Positions 24,470-37,258 of a DNA stretch of 64,000 nucleotides are shown here, one piece after another. How positions within the stretch are numbered: the stretch's first letter is position 1; every line of letters begins with the position of its first letter. Under the pieces are notes generated by a model. It was not told the origin of the DNA and did no database searches. It was given only the letters and a program-made list of their open reading frames with translations. Made by a program: the position numbers and the translations under genes. The stretch is taken from the NCBI RefSeq assembly GCF_963921235.1, contig NC_086109.1:32366001-32430000 (forward strand), written 5' to 3'. Source of the DNA: Mobula hypostoma. Its lineage: Eukaryota.

Positions 24470-25410
24470 GGAGGCAGAGACACTGGCTATCCACTCTATC
24501 TATTGCTCTTATTATCTTATACACCTCTATCATGTCTCCTCTCATTCTGGCAGTGGTGCCCTGGGGAAGAGGCACTGGCTATCCACTCTATCTATTCCTC
24601 TTATTATCTTGTACACCTCTATCATGTCTCCTCTCATTCTCCTTCTCTCCAAAGAGTAAAGCCCTAGCTCCCTTCATCTCTGATCATAATCCATACTTTC
24701 TAAACCAGGCAGCATCCTGGTAAATCTGCTCTGTAACCTTTCCAATGCTTCCACATCCTTCCTATAGTGAGGCAACCAGAACTGGACACAGTACTCCAAG
24801 TGTGGCCTAACCAGAGTTTTATATAGCTGCATCATTACATCATGACTCTTAAACTCTATCCCTCAACTTATGAAAGCTAACATCGCATAAGCTTTCTTAA
24901 CTACCCTATCCACCTGTGAGGCAACTTTCAGGGATCTGTGGAAATGTACCCCCAGATCCCTCTGCTCCTCCACACTACCAAGTATCCTGCCATTTACTTT
25001 GTACTCTGCCTTGGAGTTTGTCCTTCCAAAGTGTACCACCTCACACCTCTCTGGGTTGAACTCCATCTGCCACTTCTCAGCCCACTTCTGCATCCTATCA
25101 ATGTCTCTCTGCAATCTTCAACAATCCTCTACACTATCTACAACACCACCAACCCTTGTGTCATCTGCAAACTGGCCAACCCACCCTTCTACCCCCACAT
25201 CCAGGTTGTTAATAAAAATCACGAAAAGTAGAGGTCCCAGAACAGATCCTTGTGGGACACCACTAGTCACAATCCTCCAATCTGAATGTACCCCCTCCAC
25301 CATGACCCTCTGCCTTCTGCAGGCAAGCCAATTCTGAATCCACCTGGCCAAACTTCCCTGGATCCCATGCCTTCTAACTTTCTGAATAAGCCTACCATGT
25401 GGAACCTTGA
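24470..25410 (-). mobile_element. CR1 LINE 3' part (young), with a ~68-bp internal duplication at 24481-24548 / 24573-24640
   Basis: ORFs contain TSGVPQGSVLGPLLF and QFADDTRVGG. Confidence 0.88.
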
Positions 25411-28400
25411 TAAGTAAGGATGTTGACAATTAGCAGACACGAGTCACTGCTACAGATAGGGAGAACACATCAAGAGGAGTGTCCTCTTTTATAAAATTTT
25501 CAGGTATTTCCTTTATAAGTGGGGCAGGTCCATCAATATTTCCTCGAGTTCCATCTTATAACTGTGTCCTCCATCTCTGCATTTGTGCTGCTGCTGCTAA
25601 TGAAACACCATTCTGTGGATTGGAAACGGACACCAATGGTTGTTAATGAGGATAAACTCTCTCCCATAAAAGTACTGGTTGAAAAACTTCACACTCTAAA
25701 CCATACTCAAGGCCTCTTGGTCAATCTGTGGGTATTTATTCTCTGCAGCATTAATGGAACATGATGCGAAGGCTATGGGGTGGTAATATGTGACATTACT
25801 GTAGCTATACCATAAGGTGAGACGTCACAGACAAGCTTCACTGGACAATGTGACTCATAATGTGTGAGCTCAGTGTCAGATGTCACCAGTGCGTTTCTCT
25901 TTTGGAAAGCCACCTCACACTGCGTTGTCCATTTTCATTTCTTCGTGATCAGTAGTAATGAGTTCAAGGGGTGAGCACAGTAGCCAGCTTTGTAGTAATT
26001 GACAAATCCTGAAAATGACCACAACTGTAACACATCCTTTGACCTTGGGGCAAACACCACTGCTTGAATTTTCTCAGCACACTTGTGAAATACTTGGGTG
26101 CTAATGGTGTGACCACACTAAGTGATGATTGGTTTAAAGGATTCACACTTCGTGCTCTGAACCCATAATTTTCTAATCTTTTTAACACTATCTTGAGATT
26201 CTGGAGATGTTCCCTGTTATCATTACCAGGTAACACTGAATGCCTGGGCAGCCTTGCAGCATCTGGTCTATAGCTTTCAGTACTGAATTGATGGTGACCT
26301 TAAAATCACACAGATCCATTCTTCTTGGCTATTGGACTAATGGAGTTGCCCATGGGCTCGAGTCAAACTTGGAAAGAATTCCTTCAGCCACCATGCAATC
26401 CAGCTCACTGGCTACTTTATTACAGATAGTATAAGGAACTGGACCGGCTTTGTAAAACATGGGTGTGGCATTTTCATTTAACACTATTTTGTCCTTGATA
26501 TTGTCAGCCAGTGGTGTAGTGGCATCAGCATCGGACTTTGAGGCAAGTAGTCCTGGGCTCAAATCCGGCCAGCTCCTTACATGCTTTCCATCCACTCTGG
26601 ATTGAACGTTGAGCTAGCAACTCGGCTTTGTTAAAAAAAGAGACAAAATGTTAAAGAAGAGGCCAAGTTATCAATAGATGCACCACGAGGTGTGGAGAGG
26701 AATAACAAACCCTTGATAAGTTTGAGTTTTCCAATGCAATCCATGAACACTGCTGTGGCATCATCCAGTACCTTTCTTACTTCACTTTCAGTTGTCTCTG
26801 TTGCAGGGAATGTAAGGTACAAATGGTGAATGGATCTCCAGTCAAGTTGTAGTTATCTCAGCCACTCAAAGCCCCATTAACATGGCCCTCCTGCTTTTAC
26901 CATATGCACATTCCAAGTTCAATGGGCTTGTTGGTTTTGTAGTTCACTGTTATGAATGTCATTCCCACAGGTGTCATCTTTTCTCCACTCTCAGTTCTTA
27001 GTTGGATATCTGCAGGCTTCAGTTCAGTATTTTTCAAATGCAGTCCAAACTCATTTTGTGGAATGACTGAAACAGCTGAGCCAGTGTCCAATTTTATTTT
27101 AATTAATTTGCTGCTCACTTCTCATGCAAGCCACATTGCGTGTCTACTGTGAGTTTTCACATTCGCTCCCCAGTCCTGTGTCACTCTCGTCACTATCAGA
27201 TTTTTCATCAACAGCATGCAGATTAGTGCACTTTTCGAAACTGCAACTTGACTCTTTTTTCTCTTCCCTGTGCTACTTATTTGTCTGCACAACATGTTCT
27301 TTGTACGTGTCGTACTTGGTAGTATTTTCTGCAAGTTTTGCCTTTAAACCTTTATTGATCTGTTGACTTTGAGCCCCTGCCACAACAGTAACACAACTTG
27401 TTTGGTCAGGCAGGTTTCTGTTTAGGCATTGCAATTCTGTTCACGCTCATTTTCATTCTTGACTGCAACTCAATTGTGTCACTGACTGCTGTTTCCATTG
27501 ATACAGCTGTTTCAACTGCTCTTCTAAATGTGAGTGTGCTTCTGTTAGGAGCTGTTTTTGAATGTTTTCTTGTAAGATTCCACAAACTAAGTGATCTTGC
27601 AGTGCATCATTATGCCTATCACTAAACTGAATGCTTGGAAACTTTCTTCAATTCCATCACATGAAATGGACTTCCCTTCCTTCAGATATCACTTATGAAT
27701 CCTAAAGTATTATGCAATCAACAATGGTTTCAGTTTTAAATATTCCTGCATTACTTTCACAATGTTAATGAAGTTCATTTCGGCTGGTTTGGTTGGAGCA
27801 GTCAAACATCTAAGCAAACTATATACTCTTCCACCAATAACACTCAGAAAAACTGGCACTCGTTTCTCATTTGCTATTTCATTTGCTTCAAAATACTGCT
27901 CAATTCGCTAAGTATACAATATCCAGTTATCTCTTGGTGCAATCAAATACATCAACATTATCTTTCAGATTTAGCCAGCTATTTCTGTTTTTCACCTGGC
28001 ACTCACCCTTTACGAACCTATGAATTTCATCCATTTTCTGCCTTTTTTTAAATTTGATCACCTCTACCCCTTTCTGAAGAAGCATGTGCTGTGCTTCAAT
28101 GAGTAGGAGTTATCTCGGATTCATTTAAACTTTCTTGTTCTTTGTAATTCCAAAACATAAAACTAATTAAAAGAAAAACGCGGAGCCGGGAGATGCGGGT
28201 CTACTTCATTTTTACTTTAGTGAGGCGCCAGCATATGACGTACTGGTGTAATGATGTATGTCATTTACATACAAGCTGTAATGAATTATTTAAACACAGA
28301 ACACAATCATAGAAACCATAGAAAAACTACAGCACAGAAACAGGCCTTTTGGCCCTTCTTGGCTGTGCTGAACCATTTTCTGCCTAGTTCCGCTGACCTG

Positions 28401-30153
28401 CACACAGACCATATCCCTCCATACACCTCCCATCCATGTATCTGCCCAATTTATTCTTAAATGTTAAAAAAGAACCCACATTTACCACCTCGTCTGGCAG
28501 CTCATTCCACACTCCCACCACTCTCCATGTGAAGAAGCCCCCCCAATGTTCCCTTTAAACTTTTCCCCCTTCACCCTTAACCCATGTCCTCTGGTTTTTT
28601 TCTCTCCTTGCCTCAGTGGAAAAAGCCTGCTTGCATTCACTCTATCTATACCCATCATAATTTTATATACCTCTATCAAATCTCCCCTCATTCTTCTACG
28701 CTCCAGGGAATAAAGTCCTAACCTATTTAACCTTTCTCCATAACTGAGTTTCTCAAGTCCCGGCAACATCCTTGTAAACCTTCTCTGCACTCTTTCAACC
28801 TTATTAATATCCTTTCTGTAATTTGGTGACCAAAACTGAACACAATACTCCAGATTCGGCCTCAGCAATGCCGTATACAACCTCATCATAACATTCCAGC
28901 TCTTATACTCAATACCTTGATTAATAAAGGCCAATGTACCAAAAGCTCTCTTTATGACCCTATCTACCTGTGATGCCACTTTTAGGGAATTTTGTATCTG
29001 TATTCCCAGATCCTTCTGTTCTACTGCACTCCTCAGTGCTTTACCATTAACCCTGTATGTTCTACCTTGGTTTGTCCTTCCAACGTGCAATACCTCACAC
29101 TTGTCTGTATTAAACTCGATCTGCCATTTTTCAGCCCATTTTTCCAGCTGCTCCAAATCCCTCTGCAAGCTTTGAAAACCTTCCTCACTGTCCACTACAC
29201 CTCCAATCTTTATATCATCAGCAAATTTGCTGATCCAATTTACCACATTATCATCCAGATCATTGACATAGATAACAAATAACAATGGACTCAGCACTGA
29301 TCCCTGTGGCACACCACTAGTTACAGGCCTCCACTCTGAGAAGCAATCCTCTACTACCACTCTTTAGCTTCTTCCATTGAGCCAATGTCTAATCCAATTT
29401 ACCACCTCTCTATGTATACCTAGTGACTGAATTTTCCTAACTAACCTTCCATGCGGGACCTTGTCAAAGGCCTTACTGAAGCCTATGTAGACAACATCCA
29501 CTGCTTTCCCTTCATCCACTTTCCTGGTAACCTCCTCGAAAAACTCCAATAGATGGTCAAACATGACCTACCACGCACAAAGCCATGTTGACTCTCTCTA
29601 ATAAGTCCCTGTCTATCCAAATGCTTGTAGATTCTGTCTCTTAGTACTCCCTCCAATAACTTACCCACTACCGATGTCAAACTTACCGGCCTATAATGTC
29701 CCGGATTACTTCTCGATCCTTTTTTAAACAACGGAACAACATGAGCCATTCTCCAATCCTCCGGCACTTCACCCGTAGACACCGACATTTTAAATATATC
29801 TGCTAGGGCCCCTGCAATTTCAACACTAGTCTCCTTCAAGGTCCAAGGGAATACCCTGTTAGGTCCTGGGGATTTATCCACTTTAATTTGCCTCAAGATA
29901 GCAAGCACCTCCTCCTTTTCAATCTGTACAGTTTCCATGATCTCACTACTTGTTTCCCTTAATTTCATTCACTTCATGCCAGTTTCCTTAGTAAATACAG
30001 ATGCAAAAAACTCATTTAAGATCTCCCCCACTTCTTTTAGTTCCACAAACAGCCGACCACTCTGATCTTCAAGAGGACCAATTTTATCCCATACAATCAA
30101 ACAATACATTTACAATATTGCTCAAATATTACTGAAATAATAAATATACAACA
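25411..30153 (-). mobile_element. Decayed Gypsy/Ty3 LTR retrotransposon (5' LTR, gag, protease, partial RT); LTR split by a CR1
   Basis: Protease motif LDTGSAVSVI (26897-27118); SPWATPLV RT start; gag-like region ~27300-27980. LTR-like segment begins TGTTGT at 30153 and continues ~28300-28137. Confidence 0.75.
28310..30092 (-). mobile_element. Young 5'-truncated CR1 LINE with 7-bp target duplication
   Basis: Well-preserved RT (292-aa ORF with KFADD); (TTTCTATG)n tail; ACAATCA at 28303-28309 and 30093-30099. Confidence 0.92.
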
Positions 30154-30810
30154 GAACAGTTCTTGATTTTAAGGACATCAAAGGTTACAGAGAGAAGGCA
30201 GGAGAATGGGGTTGAGAGGGATATAAATAAGCCATGTTGGAATGGCGGACCAGACTTGATGGGCCAAATGGCCTAATTCTGCTCTTATGTCCTATGGAGC
30301 TCTGAGGTCAGATTTTGACTGAGTTTTACCATGTTCAGGTGGACAGTGAAGATTAAAACAGTTAGGAATAACCTGCCCTCCCGTGTTCTAAAAAAAAGTG
30401 CTTTTTGGGTCTTTGGAGAGGTGTTTTTAACTTGATTATAATTTGTAGGGAGGTTCATGGCTTTGCTTTGTTGTATATACATTCTTTTTAAACAAATACC
30501 TCGAGTGGTTCCTAGCAATGAATGTTAACTTGGTGCTCGAATTTTAACTGGTCGAGACAGCTAATGGGGAGAATATTACTCTGACAATCTAGGGAGAGTG
30601 AGTGGCAAATGTTAGCAGAATTGTGAAGAGTTAACATTTCCCTAAATTTTACACCATAAATACTACTAAATATACTCTCATATTTAATACTGGCAGTGTG
30701 ACTAATACTGTTTCCATGTTCATTCATTGATCCGAGATTTAATTTAACAGCAGGCTCTTTATGATTATAACCATTATATAATGTGCATTATATATTTCCA
30801 GAATACTTAC

Positions 30811-30869
30811 AAATCCTGAAATTCATCCAATGTAACAGCTGGTGTGAAAACATCAATGAGACCAATAAC
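30811..30869 (-). CDS. mapk13: p38 MAP kinase exon 3 (59 bp): VIGLIDVFTPAVTLDEFQDF
   Basis: Hand translation; CAG acceptor and GTAAGT donor; 59 bp as in p38 genes; FTPA is delta-like. Confidence 0.92.
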
Positions 30870-31229
30870 CTGGAAATGAATTATACACTATTCAGGCAAG
30901 TTCTACATCACAGCCACATTCCAGTAATAAAAAAGCAGAATAAGTTCTCTCTTATAAATGAGCTATTATTATGAATGAGTTAATTTATTGATTCTATTAT
31001 TGTTCTAAAGCCAAGTCACTTTTCTTTCAACCTCTATGAAATTATAAAAGTAGAAGAAAAATATTTTGTTTTAATTGCAAGGTTATCTTGAGGAAAACTT
31101 TTCAACTTCCTCACTTGGAGTAGACCTGCCAATGACAAACTAAGATCAGGTATTGGTCACTCGGGTGCCTGAGCCAAGTCAGCCTTATGTTTATACATGT
31201 TCAGAGTGAATCCATCATTATATCCATCT

Positions 31230-31720
31230 TTATCCACAGCACATATTACTCCTTCAAAGAACTCATGAAAATTAGTCAAAGTTTTTTTTACCTTCACCTG
31301 ATTACCTTGAAATTTTCTAAGTGCCCTGCTGTAACATCTTTAATAATAGCTTCTATCATTTTCCCCAAGAATTATATTAAGCTAACTGGCCTGCTAATTC
31401 CTGCCTTTTGCCTCCTTTCTTGAATAAGGGTGTTCGATTTGCTGTTTACCAACTTTGCAGAATTTGTCCTGAAGCAATTATCTCACAGGCCACCTCCTTT
31501 AACACCCAAAAATGAAACCCATCAGGACCTGGTGACTTGTCTGTGTGGAGCTCCAACAATTTGCTCCATACCACTCCCCTGGTGATTGTAATTTCCTCCC
31601 TCCCAATCCACAAATTATAGCTGCTTCTGGGATATTTCCTGCACCCACTGCGATCAGGACAGATGCAAGATAACTGTTTAATTCTCCAGCCACTTGCAAT
31701 ATTAATTCCCCATTCACTTT
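31230..31720 (-). mobile_element. Old CR1 fragment
   Basis: DKSPGPDGFH.WVLKEVA motif in ORF 31446-31754. Confidence 0.7.
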
Positions 31721-32652
31721 CCACAGTACCAAAGCTCACAGTGGGAACAGACAATCGGAACAGCTTTCGAAAGGACTGGTTCTAAAGAATGGGTCACACA
31801 GGGAAGCAGAAAACAAAAGGGTCAAGTTTAATTTCCATAGTCTTGAAGGGAAGATGGAAGCACCCTGACATCAAAACTGTCGTAATTGAAATGTTCTACT
31901 ATAAAATAAGTTCCTGCTAATGCCTTCCAAAAACTGCAGTTGGTGCTACAGTACAAAAGGAGAAAAGTCACCTTCTGTTGCAGAGACTGATGTGGTTGCA
32001 AATATGCATTGCCCTTATTTTTTTCTAAAATTTGCATCCACTTTATCATATAACTAAACTATGCAACAGCAGACAAATTTTTAACTTAATATTTTTTCAC
32101 TGCATAACAAAACCAATGCATTCAGCAAGTAAGTGTCACTTGTTAATATTTCAATTACTACATTGCTATCCCTTTGTCTGTTCATGAAGCATTATATTAA
32201 TATCCTTTCTGGAACTGATGCACTCTTAATTGGTTCTCAGAACACACTGGTTGATTCCCATTAACTTATTTCTTTGTAATGTATACATATTCCAACTATT
32301 TTTATGCCATGGGCCAATGCCATCAAACAAGGGGTCCATGGTCTCCAGGTTGGGAATCTCTGGTATATATTACAGCCAACTATGTGACTCCCAACTCTCC
32401 ATAAGATCTATGGTTTGCTTCCCAAAAAAAAGCAATAGAACCGTTACAATTAATTGCAAGCCAGGACAGCCTTTTTCCTATTCTTCATGCTGCAAATGCT
32501 ATTCTGATTTGTTTGAATACTTTTAACACTAGAGCACCTAATCTTGATTGACCGTTTAGTTTATTGCACCGGCAGAGATGCCAGCTTTTGAATTAACATG
32601 TCAAAATGGGCAGTAAAGACTTGTCTGATTCAAAGAGTGGCAAATTCCATTA

Positions 32653-32803
32653 AAGCAACACACAAAAAAGTTGCTGGTGAACGCAGCAGGCCAGGCAGCA
32701 TCTCTAAGAAGAGGTACAGTCGACGTTTCGGGCCGAGACCCTTCGTCAGGACTAACTGAAAGAAGAGCTAGTAGGAGATTTGGGAGGGGGAGGGGGAGAT
32801 CCG
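32653..32803 (-). mobile_element. Penelope-type terminal-repeat fragment with intact hammerhead motif
   Basis: Same family as 14904 and 42659; flanked by AAATTCC(A/T)TTA at 32642 and 32804. Confidence 0.75.
32717..32754 (-). ncRNA. Minimal type-I hammerhead ribozyme motif
   Basis: Minus strand reads UAGUC-CUGACGA-AGGGUCUCGGCCC-GAAAC-GUC-GACUG: core boxes, helix I, short helix II and palindromic ACGU helix III. Confidence 0.72.
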
Positions 32804-33171
32804 AAATTCCTTTAGTTGATATTTAATTATCACTATAACAGATTAATTTGCCATACAAAACATATGAATTAGGGGCATGTATCATTCATTTGAACATTTA
32901 ATCTCCCATGCTGTTTGCAGGTGTGGCTTTGCCAAAGTTGGCTGCACACCAAATGAATTCCTTCACTGTAAAGTACTTTGGATGAGCTGAAAACAAGAGG
33001 GACCCTATACAAATGTAAATACATTACAGATTATACTTATTTAGGCATGATCTATGATAAGGCTAAAAAAAAAACTGATGTGTGTATGTTCCTTCTTTTA
33101 AGAATGACTTAAAGTTTATCTTCATTGGATATCACAGCCAACAATGCTACAGTGAACCTGAAAAGATTGTC

Positions 33172-35995
33172 TTCCCATAAGACCATAAGATTTCGAAACA
33201 GAATTAGGCCATTTGGTCCATCAAGTCTGCTCCACCATTTCTTCACGGCTATTCCAATTTTCCTCTCAGCCCCAGTATCCTGCCTTCTCCCTGTATCCCT
33301 TCATGCGCTGACCAATCAAGAATCTATTAACCTCTGTCTTAATATGCATAAAGACTTGACCTCCACAGCTGCCTGTGTCAAAGAATTCCATAGATACACC
33401 ACTCTCTGGCGAAAGAAATTCCTCCACATCTCAGTTCTAAAAGGGCACCCCTCTATTCTGAGGGTATGTCATTTGGTCTTATAGTCTCCCACCATAGGAA
33501 ACATCCTCTCCACATCCACTGCATCAAGGCATTTCACCATTCGCTAGGTTTCAATGGGGTCATCCTTCATTCTTCTGATTTTCAGTGAATAGAGGCCAAG
33601 AGCTATCAAACACTCTTCATAAGACAAGCCCTTCAATGCTCCAAGTGAAGCCTTAGTGCTTTATAAAGTCTCAGTATTACATCCTTGTTTTTATATTCTA
33701 GTCTTCTTGAACACTGCATTTGCCTTCCTCATCACTGACTCATCCTGCAAATTAACCTTTAGGGAATCCTGCGCAAGAACTCTCAAGTCCATGTGCACCT
33801 CAGTTTTCCTGTATTTTATCTCCATTTAGAAAATAGTCAGCCCTTTCATTTCTTCTACCAAACAGTATGACCATACACTTCCAAACACTGTATTCCATCT
33901 GCTATTTCTTTGCCCATTCCCCTATTAGTCCAAGTCCTTCTGTAGTCTCTCTACTTCCTCAAAACTACTGCCCCTCCACCTATCTTCATACCATTTGCAA
34001 ATTGTGGAACAAAGCCTTTAATTCTATCATCCAAATCATTGGCATATAACATAAAAATGATTGGTCCTATCTCAGACCCCTGTGGAACATCACTAGTCAC
34101 CAGCAGCCAGCCAGAAAAGGCTCCCTTTATTCCCACTCTTTGCCTCCTGTCTATCAGCCACTGCTTTATCCATGCTAGGATCTTTCCTGTAATACCATGG
34201 ACTTGTAACTTGTTAAGCAGCCTCATGTATAACACCTTGTCAAAGGCCTTCCAAAAATTCAAGTACACAATATCAACAGATTCTCCTTTGTCTATTCTGC
34301 TTGTTATTTCTTCAAAGAATTCCAACAGATTTGTCAGGCAGGATTTTCCCTTGAGGAAACCATACTGATTACAGCCCACTTTTTCACTCACCTCCAAGTA
34401 ACCAAGACCTCATCTTTAATAATCGAGTCCAACATCTTCCTAACCACTGAGGTCAGACTAACTGGCCTATAATTTCATTTCTTTTGCCTCTCTCCCTTCT
34501 TGAAGAGTGGAGTGACATTTGTAATTCTCCACTCTTCTGGAACCATAGCAAAATCTAGTTATTCTTGAAAGATCATTATAAATGCCCCCATGATCTCTTC
34601 AGCCACCTCTTTCAGAACCCTGGGGTGTACACCCTCTGGCCCAGGTGACTTACCCTACCTTCAGACCTTTCAGTTTCCCAAAGAACTTTCTCTCTACTTA
34701 TGGTAATTGCATACACTTCATGACCCCTGACTCCAGGAACTTCTATAATGCAAAATAGTTATTCAGTTCATCTGCTTTCTTTGTTCCCCATTACTACCTC
34801 TCCAGCATCATTTTCCAGTGGTTTGATGTCCACTCTTGCCACTCTTTTGCACTTTATGTATCTGAAGAAAATTTTGGTATTTGCCTTAACATTACTGGCG
34901 AGCTTACTTTCGTATTCCATCTTTACATTCTTAACGACTTTAGTTGCCTTCTGTTGGTTTTTAAAAGCTTTCCAATCTTTTAACTGCGCTGCAAATTCAT
35001 CTACCTTATTCCATATACTGCGCGCATTCAAAGCCAACACCTTCAGTCCTGTATTCACCCTTTTCGACTGTTCGTATTTACGTTGTAACGCATCCTGTTG
35101 ACAACAATTTAGCCCTATCAATAGCCTCTCATCACTACATGTTGTCTCTATTTGTAAACCAGCTACCTCATCTTCAGCACTATTATCTGTCTTTTCTACG
35201 ATACATTGAAATACAGGCAGCTCAGGACACTTGTTGCACCATGCTCAACTTTGATTCCTAACTTTGTCTGAGTTCTTACCAACATCTCTCTCCACAACCT
35301 CTCCTCTAAGTGTTCTGGCTCCCATCCCCCCGCATCTCTCTAGTTTAAACCCACTATGAGGCGGTAATAAATCTTCCCACTGTCATTGGTATCTAAATGG
35401 ACCACGACTTCTGGCTGTTCACCCTCCCATTTAAGAATGCTGAGGACTTGATCCGAGATATCCTGGACTCTGGCACCCAGGAGGCAATATACCATCCGGA
35501 AATCTCATTCCAGCCCACAGATCCTCCTGTCCGTTCACCTAACTAATGAATCCCTTATCACCACAGCAGGCCTCTTCTTCCCCCTTCACTTCTGAGTCAC
35601 AGAGGCAGACTCAGTGCCAGAGACCTGACCACTGTAACTTTCCTCTGTTAGGTTCCCCCCCCCCCCCCACAGTATCCAAAGTGATGTACCTTATGTTGAG
35701 GGGGATAGCCACAGGGATACTCCTTCACCCCTTTCCACTTCCTGATTGTCACCCTGTTTCCTGTGCCCTGCACTTTGGGTGTAACTACCTCTCGATATAT
35801 CCTATCTCTCATCCCCTCAGCCTCCCGAATGATCAGGAGTTCATCCAGTTCCAGCTCCACCTCCCTAACGCGGATTGTTCAAAGCTGCAGCTGGATGCAC
35901 TTCTCACAGTTGTAGTCGTCAGGGACACTGGAGGTCTCCCTGCCTTCCCACATCCCGCAAGAGGAGCATTCCACTATCCGGCCTGGCATCTCTAC
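33172..35995 (-). mobile_element. CR1 LINE with internal deletions (ORF1 remnant, ORF2 remnant, tail)
   Basis: ORF1-like ELELDELLIIREAEG (35648-35860); RT fragment GKSCLTNLLEFFEE (33951-34397); tail at ~33175. Confidence 0.85.
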
Positions 35996-37008
35996 TTTGC
36001 AGCATTACTTAAGGGAAAAATAAAATCTTTACAGAATTGCACCCGAGATCTTTGTGCTCTGTGTTTTTCTGTCCTCCTTGATTATGGTCAGTGTGCCAGA
36101 ATTTACTACAGCCCAGTATTTAACAGCATCTGTTAGTGGATGACACTCTTCCCCTTCACCCTGCAGCTCCATTCATTTTGCTCAGAAAACAGCAGTGTGG
36201 TGCAGACAGGTTATCTAGCACCCAAGTGAAACATTTAAAACATTTTACCTAACCAGTCATTGATGATAATGAAAGGTCTGGCAGGGAGATAAAAATTAAT
36301 GTGGGCAAACTCAATGTCAAACCAGACAGTAAAAGAAATGATGGATTAAATGAGAGACAACAATGATAGGATGGTTAAGACAAACATCATTAGAAGCTCG
36401 AAAGCCCTGAACATTACAATACAGGGTTACCATGACCAATGCTCTGCAGTTCGGAGCAAGCCCAACACTGCACTGCCTGTTCATTAATATGATTAATATG
36501 GCTGCAGAGAACAGCTGTCGAGTGTCTGCACACCTCAGTAGAGTAGAGAGCATTAGCTGAAGCCCACCTGCTCTACGTACAGCCACCTGCACTGTGGCTA
36601 AAGCAGATGGTAGATCTCAACGAAGGTCACCTTTCTGAAGTGGGATTTTACTCGATGAGGTTCAAGAAGGATAAAGGTTCCTACGAGACTCTGGTAAACA
36701 TGGCTTCTTGCTGAAATCCCCAGCCAATCCCACTTCAATATCCTGACTTGCTCTTTGTACCTTCTGTACGTTCTTTTAGTTATACTGCAGAGATGGGAAA
36801 AGTTGGATTAACCAGAAGTCTTGAAGTAACAGTAAAACACATTCCACATCCCTCTAACCTTTAACAACTTTTGACGAGTTCTAGAATCTGCGAGCGGTTG
36901 TTGAACAGCGGCAACAACCAGCAGAAATCAAAGCAGAATTAATTTGAATGTTGCGGAGAACCCCTTTCTACAGAGGTGATGGAAGGTCCTTCACTGTGCA
37001 ATATTACT

Positions 37009-37258
37009 GCGGCACGATAGTGTAGTGGTTAGCAAAGGGCGCTACAGTTCCGGCAGCCTGCGTTCAATTCCTATCACTCCCTGTAAGAATTTTCTACGTT
37101 ATCTCCATGACCGCGTGGGCATGCTCCAGTTTCTTCCCACAGTCCAAAGACGTACCGTTTGGTAGGTTAATTGGTCTAGTGTTAAAGTGGGAGTTGTTGG
37201 GTGGCAGAGTTGGAAGGACCTACTCTACGCAGTATCTCAAAATAAAAATAAAAATAAT
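37009..37258 (+). mobile_element. tRNA-derived V-SINE (HE1-like)
   Basis: A box TAGTGTAGTGG; B box GTTCAATTCC; V-domain TGCTCCAGTTTCTTCCCACAGTCCAAAGAC; (AAAAAT)n tail. Confidence 0.75.

Noticed and set aside
37009..37080. tRNA gene candidates (also ~40120-40193, ~48530-48570, ~62929-63000)
   Set aside because: These are SINE heads followed by SINE bodies, with no complete cloverleaf.
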